A stretch of 64,000 bases of DNA from an uncultured Chroococcidiopsis sp. (GTDB taxonomy: Bacteria > Cyanobacteriota > Cyanobacteriia > Cyanobacteriales > Chroococcidiopsidaceae), in the NCBI GenBank assembly GCA_964248365.1, contig CAXTYC010000003.1, positions 210,129 through 274,128 on the forward strand, read 5' to 3'. Both the position numbers and the translations under genes were made by a program. Positions 52,112 through 64,000 of the stretch are shown in pieces. The notes beneath the pieces were generated by a model. It was not told the DNA's origin. It did no database searches and saw only the letters and a list, made by a program, of their open reading frames with translations. The number at the start of each line of letters is the position of its first letter. Positions within the stretch are counted from its first letter, which is position 1.

Positions 52112-52561
52112 CTGACTGTATAGAGCTTTTTGCGATCGCTTTTACTCGAATATATGCATAGCTTGTGAGGGTTGATTTTGTAGTTTCTAGGCGATCGCAA
52201 TATAACTAGACTAGATAAGAATCCCTCATTAGGTTCACGATGTGGAGCATATTTTGATTTAATTGTCAAGGTAGGTAGGATAAATAGTTATCTAGGGTTA
52301 GGCAGTTGAGTACAAAATCCGCCCCAAAAAGTTGGATAGGCACTCCTACCAAACACAAGAGAGCATCACTGGGCTGGGGCGCTTAGTCTTAGCCTCAGTC
52401 GTTTTGGCATGGTGATGAAGTGCGACGAGTTTTGACAATGGCTGCGATCGCACGAGCCAAGTATTATTGTGTCTGCTGTCTACTGTCTACTTACTCCATA
52501 AATTTCACATATCACAAGATTGCAGTTAAGCTAAGTAAGACCATTTAGATTAATGATTTAG

Positions 52562-53851
<1,290 letters not shown>

Positions 53852-53882
53852 TTTTTTTGGTTCTCTCAATCGAGCAAGATTT

Positions 53883-53909
53883 TGTAGGGTGGGCATTGCC
53901 CACCTTACA
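53883..53909. repeat. REP-like palindrome TGTAGGGTGGGCA-T-TGCCCACCTTACA
   Basis: Near-perfect inverted repeat with GTAG...TAC ends. Confidence 0.75.
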
Positions 53910-54007
53910 TTTAGCGTGTTTGTTTGTGATAAATCATTTGCTCTTTCAGTCTGAAAACAAGAAATATCCAATCTTTAAATCTTTAAATCTAAAATCCAAA
54001 ATTGACA

Positions 54008-54607
54008 ATGGCTGAATGGATAACGAACATCATGAATTCCCTGGGCTATTTGGGAATTGGGCTGTTGATGTTTCTAGAAAATATATTTCCCCCCATCCCT
54101 TCGGAACTAATCATGCCCCTGGCTGGTTTTACCGTAGCGCAGGGTAAGCTGAATTTTGGGCTGGTAGTTTTGGCAGGTGTGTTAGGCACTGTATTAGGGG
54201 CATTGCCTTGGTACTATGCAGGTCAAATCTTGGGCGATGTGCGTTTAAAAAGTTTGGCAGACAAATACGGCAGGTGGTTGACAATATCCAGCAAAGATAT
54301 CGAAAAGGCGAAGCGTTGGTTTGACAGGCGTGGTGGTCAAGCTGTGTTTATTTGTCGCCTAGTTCCTGGAGTACGCACGTTAATTTCACTACCAGCAGGC
54401 ATTAGTCGGATGCCTTTAGTGCCGTTCTTGCTGTATTCAACACTGGGAACATTTTTGTGGGTTGGCTTACTTACCTACGCGGGGTATGTGCTGGGAGATC
54501 ATTATGAACTTGTAGATGAATACCTGGCTCCTGTTTCCAAAATCGTACTTGCTACTCTAGTCATTGCTTTTATTCTATGGCTCGTAAGACGGAATATGCG
54601 GCGGTAG
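54008..54607 (+). CDS. DedA family membrane protein
   Basis: LENIFPPIPSELIMPLAG, RLVPGVRTLISLPAG. Confidence 0.92.
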   Translation: MAEWITNIMNSLGYLGIGLLMFLENIFPPIPSELIMPLAGFTVAQGKLNFGLVVLAGVLGTVLGALPWYYAGQILGDVRLKSLADKYGRWLTISSKDIEKAKRWFDRRGGQAVFICRLVPGVRTLISLPAGISRMPLVPFLLYSTLGTFLWVGLLTYAGYVLGDHYELVDEYLAPVSKIVLATLVIAFILWLVRRNMRR

Positions 54608-54656
54608 GGCGGCTGGAAAACACATAAAGTATTTTTTCGCTTTTGGAGATTTTTTT

Positions 54657-55295
54657 ATGCATTTTGATACGCAACATCTTAGACAATTAATTCAAACGCT
54701 AGGACCAACATTAGGTTATTTATTAATCTGGGCAATTGTGTTTGCTGAATCAGGGCTGTTAGTGGGATTTTTCTTACCTGGAGATAGCTTACTGTTCACC
54801 ACTGGATTTGTGGCATCCCAACCCGAACTTACAGGGCTTGACATTCGGGTTCTTATATTTGGCTGCTTTGTCGGTGCTGTACTAGGTGACAATTTGGGTT
54901 ACTTCACAGGTCACAAATTTGGACGGCGTTTATTTCAAAAAGAAGATTCTTGGCTGTTTCATAAAAAACATTTAGTTACAGCCCAAAATTTCTATGAAAG
55001 GCATGGTAAAAAAGCGATCGTGCTAGCTAGATTTATGCCAATTGTTCGTACTTTTGCACCAATTGTTGCAGGTATTGGTTCTATGCATTATCGCACGTTT
55101 ATGTTTTACAACCTAATCGGCGGTTTGATTTGGACAGTTGGAATAACGCTACTGGGGTATTTTTTGGGAAAAGTAATTCCTGCCGAACAGGTTGATAAGT
55201 ATTTGTTACCAATTATTTTATTAATTATTGTTATTTCTTTAGTTCCCTCTATTATACATCTGATTCAAGAGAATAGAGCAAGTAGAAAAAGTTGA
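54657..55295 (+). CDS. DedA/VTT family membrane protein
   Basis: FAESGLLVGFFLPGDSLLF, ARFMPIVRTFAPIVAG. Confidence 0.92.
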   Translation: MHFDTQHLRQLIQTLGPTLGYLLIWAIVFAESGLLVGFFLPGDSLLFTTGFVASQPELTGLDIRVLIFGCFVGAVLGDNLGYFTGHKFGRRLFQKEDSWLFHKKHLVTAQNFYERHGKKAIVLARFMPIVRTFAPIVAGIGSMHYRTFMFYNLIGGLIWTVGITLLGYFLGKVIPAEQVDKYLLPIILLIIVISLVPSIIHLIQENRASRKS

Positions 55296-57028
55296 AAGTT
55301 CGTTCTAATTACTGGCAATTACTTCCTTATATCCAACCCCATTGGCAAACTATCACCAAGGGATTTGTTGGCATCTTAGGATATGTACTGGCGACATTAG
55401 CGCTAATCAATCTTGCAGGTAGATTAGCATCACCTTTTGGACAAGGTAATGTAGTAGCGATCGCCTCTATAGCTTGTTTGGCTGCCTTAGTATTTCTTGT
55501 CCGAGGCATTTGTCAAGCTGTGCAAGATATATTCATGGCACTGGCTGCCCTGAAAGTTGCTTTTAATCTACGTCAGCGAGTTTACACCCATTTACAAAAG
55601 CTGAATCTTAGCTATTTTGAAACAGCAAAAGCAGGTGATTTATCTTACCGACTAACGGAAGATATTGATCGAGTTGGAGAGATAGTGCATAAACTCTTTC
55701 ACGACTTTATCCCGTGTGTTTTGCAACTGGCGGCAATTCCTGTTTACATGATTTATCTAAATTGGCAACTGACACTCGCTACTGTAATAGTAGCACCGCT
55801 AATGGGTGTTTTGATTGGCTGGTTTGGCGAAAGGTTAAGCAAGATTTCTCGTCGCAGCCAAAATCAGGTGTCGGATTTGTCAGCACTACTGACGGAAGTT
55901 TTCAGTGGTATTCGCTTGGTACAAGCTTTTGTTGCAGAAGACTACGAAGTTGCCAGATTTAGCCATGAGGCGGAACGAAGTCTGCAAGCAAAATACTCAG
56001 CTGAAAGGCTCAAAGCAATTCAGATTCCCATTGTAGGATTTTTGGAAGCCATCAGCGCACTATTTCTGTTGTTGGTGGGGGCATGGCAAATTTCTCAAGG
56101 CAACTTAACAGTAGAGAAGTTTTTCAGCTACCTTGCCGCAGCTTTGCTGTTAATTGACCCGATTAATATTACTACTAACAATTATAACGAGTTTAAACAA
56201 GGGGAGGCATCTGTAGATCGAGTTTTTGAATTATTGGCGATTAAACCTATCATCGTAGAAAAACTTCAGGCGATCGCTCTTCCTATAGCAGAGGGTAAAG
56301 TTGAATATCGTCACGTTAGCTTCGGCTACAAACCCAGTCAACCAGTCTTGCAAAACTTAAATCTGCTAGCACTACCAGGAGAAAGAATAGCTTTGGTGGG
56401 GACTTCAGGTGCAGGAAAAACTACATTAGTTAACCTGCTACCTCGGTTTTACGATCCTCACAAAGGTGAGATTCTAATTGATGGTATTAATATTCGAGAT
56501 GTTCAGCTTAAGAGTCTGCGGCGACAGATTGGGATTGTTCCCCAAGAAACGATCTTATTTTCAGGTACGATCGCGCAAAATATCGCTTTTGGACAAGCTG
56601 ATTTTGATTTAGAAGCAGTTCAAGCAGCAGCTAAAATTGCTAATGCCGATCAATTTATTAGCTCGTTTGCTGATGGTTATTATACTTGGGTAGGAGAAAG
56701 AGGGGTAAATTTATCTGGTGGACAACGACAAAGAATAGCGATCGCCAGGGCTGTTTTACTTAACCCCAGAATCTTAATTTTAGATGAAGCTACCAGTGCC
56801 TTAGATTCACAATCAGAAGCACTAGTGCAAGAAGCCTTAGAACGGCTGATGTACAACCGCACAGTTTTTATTATTGCCCATCGCTTAGCTACTGTGCGAG
56901 GTGCTGATCGTATTTTAGTTATGGAACAGGGGCGTATTGTTGAATCAGGCACTCATGACGAGTTGTTGGCGCTTGAGCGACGGTATGCGCGATTTTATGC
57001 TCAGCAGTTTACTAATAATCCTGTCTGA
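55292..57028 (+). CDS. ABC exporter, fused TMD-ATPase (MsbA-like)
   Basis: GTSGAGKT, LSGGQRQRIAIARA, ILDEATSALD, IAHRL; TTG start overlapping the dedA stop. Confidence 0.93.
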   Translation: MKVRSNYWQLLPYIQPHWQTITKGFVGILGYVLATLALINLAGRLASPFGQGNVVAIASIACLAALVFLVRGICQAVQDIFMALAALKVAFNLRQRVYTHLQKLNLSYFETAKAGDLSYRLTEDIDRVGEIVHKLFHDFIPCVLQLAAIPVYMIYLNWQLTLATVIVAPLMGVLIGWFGERLSKISRRSQNQVSDLSALLTEVFSGIRLVQAFVAEDYEVARFSHEAERSLQAKYSAERLKAIQIPIVGFLEAISALFLLLVGAWQISQGNLTVEKFFSYLAAALLLIDPINITTNNYNEFKQGEASVDRVFELLAIKPIIVEKLQAIALPIAEGKVEYRHVSFGYKPSQPVLQNLNLLALPGERIALVGTSGAGKTTLVNLLPRFYDPHKGEILIDGINIRDVQLKSLRRQIGIVPQETILFSGTIAQNIAFGQADFDLEAVQAAAKIANADQFISSFADGYYTWVGERGVNLSGGQRQRIAIARAVLLNPRILILDEATSALDSQSEALVQEALERLMYNRTVFIIAHRLATVRGADRILVMEQGRIVESGTHDELLALERRYARFYAQQFTNNPV

Positions 57029-57073
57029 AGTGGAGTTTAAAGCAGATGTGGGGCGATCGCTTAATCTTAAAAC

Positions 57074-57532
57074 CTAAATTGACGATAATGGCGGAACTTC
57101 AAAGTTGTTAAACAAGCAAACATTGTAAGTAGTATTAGCTAAAGCATTCATTAGCCTTCGATCTAAACTTAGCAGCGTAGCACCTACTTGATTTGACAAA
57201 GCGACATAACTAGCATCATAAGCAGAAATTCCATGAGCTAACCCAATACTAACTGCATCTGCCATTAGATCATCTGCTCAGACAACCCGCAAAGGTAAAG
57301 CTTTGAGCGTTGCTAAATCTGCGGGAACATCAGCAGCAGCGTAAAGTTTGGCACGGACATATTTCCAAAGAATATTAGCACACTCAATGTAAAACAAGTC
57401 CGGTACAAATATTTTCGTCTGTGGATATGACAGGTAAGCAAACAGCTGATTAACTTTAGGTGATAGTGGATCGGGGATAAATTGCTTAATGCCTACACTA
57501 CCATTTACCACGCATCTTATAGCAGTAGTCAT
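57074..57532 (-). pseudogene. VapC/PIN toxin with in-frame TGA at 57278-57280
   Basis: VVNGSVGIK (expected D at the first PIN acidic site is N), IECANILWK, LRVV*ADDLMADA, SAYDASYVAL, LLSLDRRL; both ORFs share a frame. Confidence 0.8.
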
Positions 57533-57800
57533 CGTATCGTGCGCGGTCTTCTCGAATTAGTTCCGTACTATCGGGCCATTCAATATCAGCTGAACGCTGT
57601 TCGCGCCGAAGACGAATTTCTTCTAAAAGTTTTGGTACATCCTTTCGCCTTTGATCTTCCGTTTCCTGTGTCTGTTGTGGCAAAGCTTGTTGCAATAGAG
57701 TGATGACTTGAGCGTTAATTGAACGGTTTTCAACTTTAGCTAACTCTTGCAGCCGTTCATACAAGTCATCAGCTAGATTTCGTACATAAAGGGTAGCCAT
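57498..57800 (-). CDS. FitA/Arc-type ribbon-helix-helix antitoxin
   Basis: MATLYVRNLADDLYERL, NRSINAQV, DSTELIREDR; upstream of PIN gene. Confidence 0.85.
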   Translation of the reverse strand: MATLYVRNLADDLYERLQELAKVENRSINAQVITLLQQALPQQTQETEDQRRKDVPKLLEEIRLRREQRSADIEWPDSTELIREDRARYDDYCYKMRGKW

Positions 57801-58312
57801 CGCTTGACCTCCAAGTGTAACTTATCATACTGCTAGGATAATGCAGGCAAGTTGAGTTTACTTAACAACCTTTGCTGTGGCTTGATGAGTATAGGTTTAT
57901 TGAAAGAAGTTATAGATATATTTACTAACCGTTTGTCTAGAGTCGCTAGTGGGATCGCATAACTTCTAAAAGACGTTATGAGCGTGCAACGCCAGCTATT
58001 ATGTAGGACTTACTTGGTACAAATAGACAATTTGTATGCATGAATGCTCCTTGCAGCGGTAAGGGCTGTTTTCCCTTGCTTTGATTTTCCGCGCATTGGC
58101 ACTCATAGTTTCCGAAACTGGCACTTTAGTTTCCGATCAGGACGTTGCCTTCAAGCTAGACTTGGAATTATTTTTGTAGCTATTAGCGCTCACAGGAAAT
58201 CACGCGGTATATTCATATAATTGTTTTTCTGTCAATAGTTTTATTATATTTAAAGTACCAAATAGCACTGCAAATCTTACCTGCTCTAGATTTTAACTCA
58301 TCAACGGCAACT

Positions 58313-59857
58313 ATGCAGATTAATCCACCGACCAATATTGATGTTTCTGAACCATTAGGCTCCTCTTCATCTCTAGAAATTTATGATGTAGTAGTGATTG
58401 GTGCTGGACCTGTTGGATTAGCTACTGCTATTGGCTTACGTCAGCGCGGCATTGATAATATTCTCCTGATCGATCAAACGAGGGCTTTTCGTCAGGTGGG
58501 GCAAGTAATAGATCTTCTTCCCAATGGATTAAAAGCTATAAAAGCATTGAATTTTGCGGCTTATGAAGCCGTCAAGAAAGAAGGAATGACGATGGGTTCA
58601 CTGCCATCTAATAATCAAACAACCCAAGCAACACAGAAAAAACCAGCGCCACCTTCACGCCAATGGGTGCGGGTAAATTTGCAGGGGCAACCAATACAAT
58701 CAATCTCCTTGGAATACGATGATTGGTTACAAAAGTATGGCGAAGGTCGAGTATCTATTAGTTGGTATAACTTGCAGACCACCCTCAGAAATCTACTTCC
58801 CTATGAGCAAGTCAGAGCCAACCATCGTTGTGTAGATGTGGTCGATGATTTTGATGCTGGATGTGTTCGCGTAGATTGTATATCTGAAAACGGGACAGAA
58901 GCCAACCCTTATGCCCAATGGATAGAGAGTCCACAACAGGATAAACTCTCCCCATCTGAGCCAACGTCTCAACAATCGGGCAAACACTCGTTCTATGCCA
59001 AATTAGTAGTTGGAGCAGATGGGATCAACTCTCAAGTTCGCCGTCGGCTATACCGTGATTGCCCCTACCAAACGTTTGCCCTGCCAGAATATTCTGGGTT
59101 TGCTGCTGTGGGATGTATGGGACTAACAGAGGTTCCAGACGGGCTAATGACAGAACTTCAGGAGAAGTTTTTTAGCAATTCACCCATAGTAACGGTCGTG
59201 AACGATCGCCCCCCTAAAGATTCTGCTAATGAGGAAAAGCCCAGGTTAATTTTAATTCATCGACCTGATGGATCTTTGGGGTATATTTTGCATCTTCCTT
59301 TACCGTTGTCAGTTCTGAAGGAGTCGGGCAGTAAATTAATTGATAAAGCGGTGCAGGAGCTAGAGCAAGCAGACTTTCCTGAATGCCTAAAGCAAGTTGT
59401 CAGGCTGGCGAATTCAGCTAATTTAATATCCCGTCCGTACTACATTCATCGTGCGACACTTTCAGAAGAAATCCGCTTTCCTTCTACAGCTTGCTTGCAT
59501 CGACAAGATGATGCTTTATTCATGCCACCTCCTTGGAGTAAAGGGCGAGTAGTGTTAGTCGGTGATGCGGCACATGGGATGCCTCCTTTTATGGCTCAAG
59601 GGGCGAATCAAGGATTGGAAGATGCTTTAGCGATCGCAACGAGGATCGCTAAAATCAGCTCTATGCAGGATTGGGATAATACACAAGCTATTGAGAGCGC
59701 CTTAGAGAACTATGAGCGGCTTCGTCGCCCCTTGATGGCTTACATTCAAAAACAAACCTTAGAAAACTCTGTTCGCACGGCAGAAGAACAGTTTGAATAT
59801 GAAAAACAGGTATATCACCGGAATTTTGACCAAGTGCTAGAGGCATTATGGCGTTGA
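58313..59857 (+). CDS. FAD-dependent monooxygenase
   Basis: VIGAGPVGL, VGADGINS, LVGDAAHGMPPFMAQGANQGLEDA. Confidence 0.92.
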   Translation: MQINPPTNIDVSEPLGSSSSLEIYDVVVIGAGPVGLATAIGLRQRGIDNILLIDQTRAFRQVGQVIDLLPNGLKAIKALNFAAYEAVKKEGMTMGSLPSNNQTTQATQKKPAPPSRQWVRVNLQGQPIQSISLEYDDWLQKYGEGRVSISWYNLQTTLRNLLPYEQVRANHRCVDVVDDFDAGCVRVDCISENGTEANPYAQWIESPQQDKLSPSEPTSQQSGKHSFYAKLVVGADGINSQVRRRLYRDCPYQTFALPEYSGFAAVGCMGLTEVPDGLMTELQEKFFSNSPIVTVVNDRPPKDSANEEKPRLILIHRPDGSLGYILHLPLPLSVLKESGSKLIDKAVQELEQADFPECLKQVVRLANSANLISRPYYIHRATLSEEIRFPSTACLHRQDDALFMPPPWSKGRVVLVGDAAHGMPPFMAQGANQGLEDALAIATRIAKISSMQDWDNTQAIESALENYERLRRPLMAYIQKQTLENSVRTAEEQFEYEKQVYHRNFDQVLEALWR

Positions 59858-60252
59858 GTCGAGACTTGTGACACTCACACAGTTGTTAGAGAAAACCGTA
59901 AAAGTCAACAGACGTTCGCCAAAAAGCAGGTCTAGTGATTAGGTTTTGCACATATTGTTTGAGAATATCGCCATCAGCTAGCATTTTCGATGTGAAAGTG
60001 CTACTTGTAAAGGCTCGGCAACACGGTTAAACCACTCAATAGTTTCCTATCAAGACATTTGGCGCACGTTTTTTGGTAGGTAAGATATTCTTACAGCAGG
60101 TTAGGAAGTACCAAAAATATATACTGCTCAACGGGTTGTTCTAAAGTTACGAAAAGCATAGATCAACCATTGGTAGTAATTCCCCTAGAAAAAATACTAC
60201 GAGCGCTCAACAGTTAAATTCTTCTATTCTACAAAAGTATCGTTTAATCTAT

Positions 60253-60358
60253 TATAGCGGGCGCGCTATTTGCTATTAGCTATTAGCTCATGTTATGCGC
60301 CTTAAAGATCAACAACTAACCCTGGGTTACTTGTCCTAATCTTAATGCGTCTTGCTAT
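60253..60358. mobile_element. Possible MITE-like element with TATAGC...GCTATA ends
   Basis: TATAGCGGGCGC / GCGTCTTGCTATA imperfect terminal repeats enclosing (GCTATTA)n. Confidence 0.4.
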
Positions 60359-60540
60359 AACAGCTCTACAACATCTGCGATTTGAAGGGCTACCAACTAT
60401 CAAAAGTAGAATAAAGACGCTTGCTGTAGCCCCTAGATACAGAGAAAGTAACACTAGTACAATAATGTAAATTTATGCGGCGTTGCAGCTCTTGCAAACA
60501 GCTATTTTACTTTTTAAGGCTATTGGTATCAAATTTTAAA

Positions 60541-60625
60541 CGGAGAGGGTGAGATTCGAACTCACGGAACCTTGCGGTTCACTTGATTTCAAGTCAAGCG
60601 CAATCGACCACTCTGCCACCTCTCC
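60541..60625 (-). tRNA. trnS: tRNA-Ser (anticodon UGA)
   Basis: Reverse complement GGAGAGGTGGCAGAGTGG...CTTGA-CT-TGA-AA-TCAAG...GTTCGAATC...CCTCTCCG with long variable arm; CCA not encoded. Confidence 0.97.
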
Positions 60626-60693
60626 AATCTAGCTGTTAGCGTTTAGCTATTAGCTATTTAAACAATCTAACAGAAGGACATTATATCATATTT

Positions 60694-61623
60694 CTATGCA
60701 GATTGCACTACTGAACTGGATTGTTGGTAAAGGATTTGTTTAGATACAACTTTAAAGTCTTTGCCTACCCAAACCATAGAGACTTGGGAGACAACACCAG
60801 CTTGCAGAGTGACGAGGGAAAAATTACGCAGGCGATCGCCTTCCTTTTCCACAATCCGAGGCACACTCGCCGCATTTAAGTAAACTGTCCCTTCCGAACT
60901 GGCATAGATCGCCTTGCGTAGATGCTGCTGAGTATGTCTTAATTTATGGTGCATATGACCAAATGTAACCAAGGGAATCTTTTTCCCAGCAGCCCTTGTT
61001 TGCGCGATCGCATCAGCAAAATCTGGATCGCCAAAGTCACCGCCTAGCGGTTGCCAGTCTTTGCCACAGGGATCTTCAGGGCAACCGCCTAATCCCAATG
61101 GACCATTATGACCCAGAAAAATTACTGTTTCCTCTGCTGTGCTGTTTGCTGCTGCTACCATTCGCGCTGTGGACTCTTCAAAGCTTGTCACCCCAAAGCG
61201 TTCTTGATAGAAGTCTTCATTCTTCCAAACTGATCCACCCCAGCTAAAGGGACGACTGCCTACAACTGTTAAATTCAAATCTGGAAAATCTAGCTTGCTA
61301 TATCCTACATGGGCTGAGTCTAATAAATCTATTTGTTGCTGCACCCAGTCTTCTTTTTTCCGGTCGTAGGGACACTTTCTGCGACCCCATTCTGTGGCTG
61401 TGTACCAAGCATCATGATTGCCGAAAACTGCTGCTTTAGGGATATCGATACAGGCGATCGCCTGTACAACTTCTACCGATTCGTTGCCATAATCTCCTAC
61501 AAATAAGGCTAAATCAATGCCCAACTTCTTCAGGGCAACGCCGTCTTCGGCTTCCCATAGATCATGGATGTCCCCAATAACTGCGATTGCGATCGTTTGT
61601 TGATGATTTCTCTGACTGGTCAT
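60694..61623 (-). CDS. devT: Metallophosphoesterase, TIGR04168/DevT family
   Basis: GDIHD, FVGDYGNE, GNHDAW, GHNGP, FGHMH, YLNAASVPR. Confidence 0.75.
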   Translation of the reverse strand: MTSQRNHQQTIAIAVIGDIHDLWEAEDGVALKKLGIDLALFVGDYGNESVEVVQAIACIDIPKAAVFGNHDAWYTATEWGRRKCPYDRKKEDWVQQQIDLLDSAHVGYSKLDFPDLNLTVVGSRPFSWGGSVWKNEDFYQERFGVTSFEESTARMVAAANSTAEETVIFLGHNGPLGLGGCPEDPCGKDWQPLGGDFGDPDFADAIAQTRAAGKKIPLVTFGHMHHKLRHTQQHLRKAIYASSEGTVYLNAASVPRIVEKEGDRLRNFSLVTLQAGVVSQVSMVWVGKDFKVVSKQILYQQSSSVVQSA

Positions 61624-61951
61624 GCCATCTTCCTTGCCGTCTTTCTCCAGCATAGGAAAGCATGACCAAAATTGACACTACCCTAGGGTTTTTCTCTGAC
61701 TAGAAATCTCTTGTCTTCCCCTGGTTTTCCGTCTTAAAAAATGAGGGCAGCCGCCATTGTGCCGGAGCTTCCTCCGGCAGGGTGTGGCGGCTTCGCCTTG
61801 TATTCGAGTTATCTGTTGGCAACCTGGGTGATCTATTTTGAAGGACCGCTTCATTTTTTAGGGTTACATCGGATTCCCCTCCTGTCAATTTTGGTAAAAA
61901 ATACTATAATTTCACAATACAACAACTTCTAACTTCAGGTAGATCCTTATT

Positions 61952-62926
61952 GTGTTTACCGCTGCATTTATCCAAAGAAACTCTTCTAGAACCGCACAAG
62001 CACCTATAGACTTATTTGAAGCTATTCAAAAGCTCAAACAAGAACTGAATGCAGTGATTCTGGCACATTACTATCAAGACCCAGATATTCAGGATATTGC
62101 TGACTACATTGGCGACTCGTTAGGACTCTCCCAACAAGCGGCTAAGACTGATGCTGATGTAATTGTCTTTGCAGGCGTTCATTTTATGGCAGAGACAGCG
62201 AAGATTCTCAACCCTAACAAGTTGGTGCTGTTACCAGATTTAGCGGCGGGTTGTTCTTTGGCAGATAGTTGCCCTCCAGAGGATTTTGCGGCTTTTAAGG
62301 CAGCTCACCCAGACCATCTGGTGATTTCCTACATTAACTGTACGGCTGAAATTAAGGCGATGAGTGACATTATCTGCACTAGTTCCAATGCTGTTCAGAT
62401 TGTGCGTCAAATTCCACTAGACCAACCAATTATTTTCGCTCCAGATCGGAATTTGGGGCGGTACGTGAGTGAACAGACTGGGCGAGACTTGTTACTATGG
62501 CAAGGCAGCTGTATTGTGCATGAAACTTTCTCAGAAAAGAAGATTGTCCAGCTTAAAATTCAACATCCACAAGCCGTTATGCTTGCTCACCCTGAGTGTG
62601 AACCATCTGTATTACGTCATGCAAACTATATTGGTTCTACCACTGCTTTGCTAAAGTATTGCCAGAAAAGCTCAGCTCATAGTTTCATAGTTGCTACCGA
62701 GTCAGGTATTATTCATCAAATGCAAAAAGAAGCGCCTGACAAACGCTTCATTCCAGCACCGCCAATGAACAATTGCAATTGCAATGAATGTCCTTTCATG
62801 CGGTTGAATACCCTGGAAAAGCTTTATAGGGCAATGAAAAATCGTACTCCAGAGATTACGATGTTAGAGGAAATCCGTTTAGCAGCTCTGCGACCACTAC
62901 AACGAATGTTAGAAATGAGTGTTTAA
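61952..62926 (+). CDS. nadA: Quinolinate synthase A
   Basis: [43 protein letters not shown]. Confidence 0.97.
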   Translation: MFTAAFIQRNSSRTAQAPIDLFEAIQKLKQELNAVILAHYYQDPDIQDIADYIGDSLGLSQQAAKTDADVIVFAGVHFMAETAKILNPNKLVLLPDLAAGCSLADSCPPEDFAAFKAAHPDHLVISYINCTAEIKAMSDIICTSSNAVQIVRQIPLDQPIIFAPDRNLGRYVSEQTGRDLLLWQGSCIVHETFSEKKIVQLKIQHPQAVMLAHPECEPSVLRHANYIGSTTALLKYCQKSSAHSFIVATESGIIHQMQKEAPDKRFIPAPPMNNCNCNECPFMRLNTLEKLYRAMKNRTPEITMLEEIRLAALRPLQRMLEMSV

Positions 62927-63111
62927 AGCTTTGAGAGAATTTGAGTACCTAAATGTTCCTATATTGACGTGAAAAGAAGGGGCGGTCGCAACCTCTGTTT
63001 GTTACAGCTATTACATCTATTAATATTAGATTGCTCAATAAGAGGCGATCGCTCACAACGTATTTTGATTGTTTGGAAGCGTTTTTGTAAAAGGTTTTAC
63101 CCTACCTGTTA

Positions 63112-63596
63112 CTAAAACTCTTTCCAAGCGTAACGATTACAAGTTCTTCTAGATGAATTTAGTTTGCTTATACTAGTGCTACTAACAACCTTCAAAACTG
63201 AGTCTAAGGATTGGAGAATATGACCTACTTCTGGAACGTTAAACTTTTCAGGGTCGTTTGTAAAATACAAGCACTCTTTACTTTCAGATAACTCTGATTT
63301 ACCAGGTGGAGCATAAAAATCCGAAGCCTCAACAGCTTTACAAGCTCCCACTATTTCAACATAAGTAGGATAAGTTATGCAAAAAACTAAAATTTCATCA
63401 TCCTCTGGTTGATAAACAGCTCGATCAGTTTTTTGAAAAGTCCATGATTTTTCAGAGCGGTCATGATGAACGCTCTTGACATGAAATCTTGCTTTTGTAG
63501 TTTTGATGCTGATATCAAAACTTTTTTGGTGTCGCTTATGAATACTGAAATCTGCTCCTTGAGTGATTTTCACTCCAATACTATGAAGTTCTTGCT
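63112..63596 (-). pseudogene. Hypothetical protein, possibly PD-(D/E)XK nuclease-like, 5'-truncated by the adjacent IS
   Basis: ADFSIH...KSFDISI...HVKS...SWTFQKTD spacing; its apparent TTG start lies inside the IS end. Confidence 0.4.
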
Positions 63597-63890
63597 CAGA
63601 AATGTTCAAAGCTGCAATTTAACTTTACATTTTAAGTAACACGACTTATGATATCGTCAAAATGCTTACCCCGACAGAATACTTTCCATCCAATGCACAT
63701 AACTGATTTCTTTACACATATATGCTTGAAGATAGCTAAATTTATCTAGTAGTTTGTTTCCCCATATTTGCGGAATATCTATTAGCTGTAAAATCAAATA
63801 AGCTATTATAGTAGTATAAATTTGTATAGCAATACTCACATTTTTTGTAATTATAGCAAATTGCAAGTTTATGAGGTACAGGAATAACAA
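63597..63890 (-). mobile_element. IS4-family transposase C-terminal remnant with terminal repeat CAGAAATGTTCAA
   Basis: ITKNV..IQIY..IIAYLILQLIDIPQIWGNKLLDK..YLQA.MC.EISYVHW is typical of cyanobacterial IS4 transposase C-termini. Confidence 0.75.
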
Positions 63891-64000
63891 TTTATTAACT
63901 AGTTTTTTAAATGCTTGGGATTAACTAAATCAAGCGCCGTCGCAATTAAAATATCAACCATTTTTGAGTTGGTTGGATAAAATTGACGTAAGAAAGCTTT

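Noticed and set aside
57975..58220. SAH-riboswitch-like GAGCGTGCAACGCCAG and the GGCACT..AGTTTCCGA direct repeat
   Set aside because: Remaining consensus elements and gene context are absent; may be a degraded gene remnant that I cannot assign
59860..60250. Possible gene remnant downstream of tRNA-Ser
   Set aside because: Only short stop-riddled frames with no recognisable motif

Overview
Cyanobacterial chromosome segment: the HIP1 octamer GCGATCGC occurs roughly once per kb by eye, and there are many heptamer STRR-type tandem repeats, REP-like palindromes and MITEs. Intact housekeeping genes (ggt, SNF2 helicase, pnp, tpiA, folP, ndhD1/ndhF1, trxC, rbcR-type LysR, rpsD, sodC, ahcY, devT-like, nadA, tRNA-Ser(UGA), a Yfr2-type sRNA) are interspersed with about ten decayed accessory genes, including three dead toxin genes. 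The best candidate for an undescribed system is a putative split receptor kinase. A Zn-ribbon Ser/Thr kinase with a 4-TM tail and no ectodomain lies with three single-pass 'substrate-binding' proteins of two unrelated folds. Two of them share a near-identical N-terminal anchor, and no ABC permease or ATPase genes accompany them. Other notable items: nested MITEs with an empty-site copy in the same window, a perfect NtcA-type palindrome upstream of a HetZ-related/ATPase-less PilB pair, and a shared upstream palindromic motif. No CRISPR array or rRNA was seen. All family calls come from motif recognition, not database searches.
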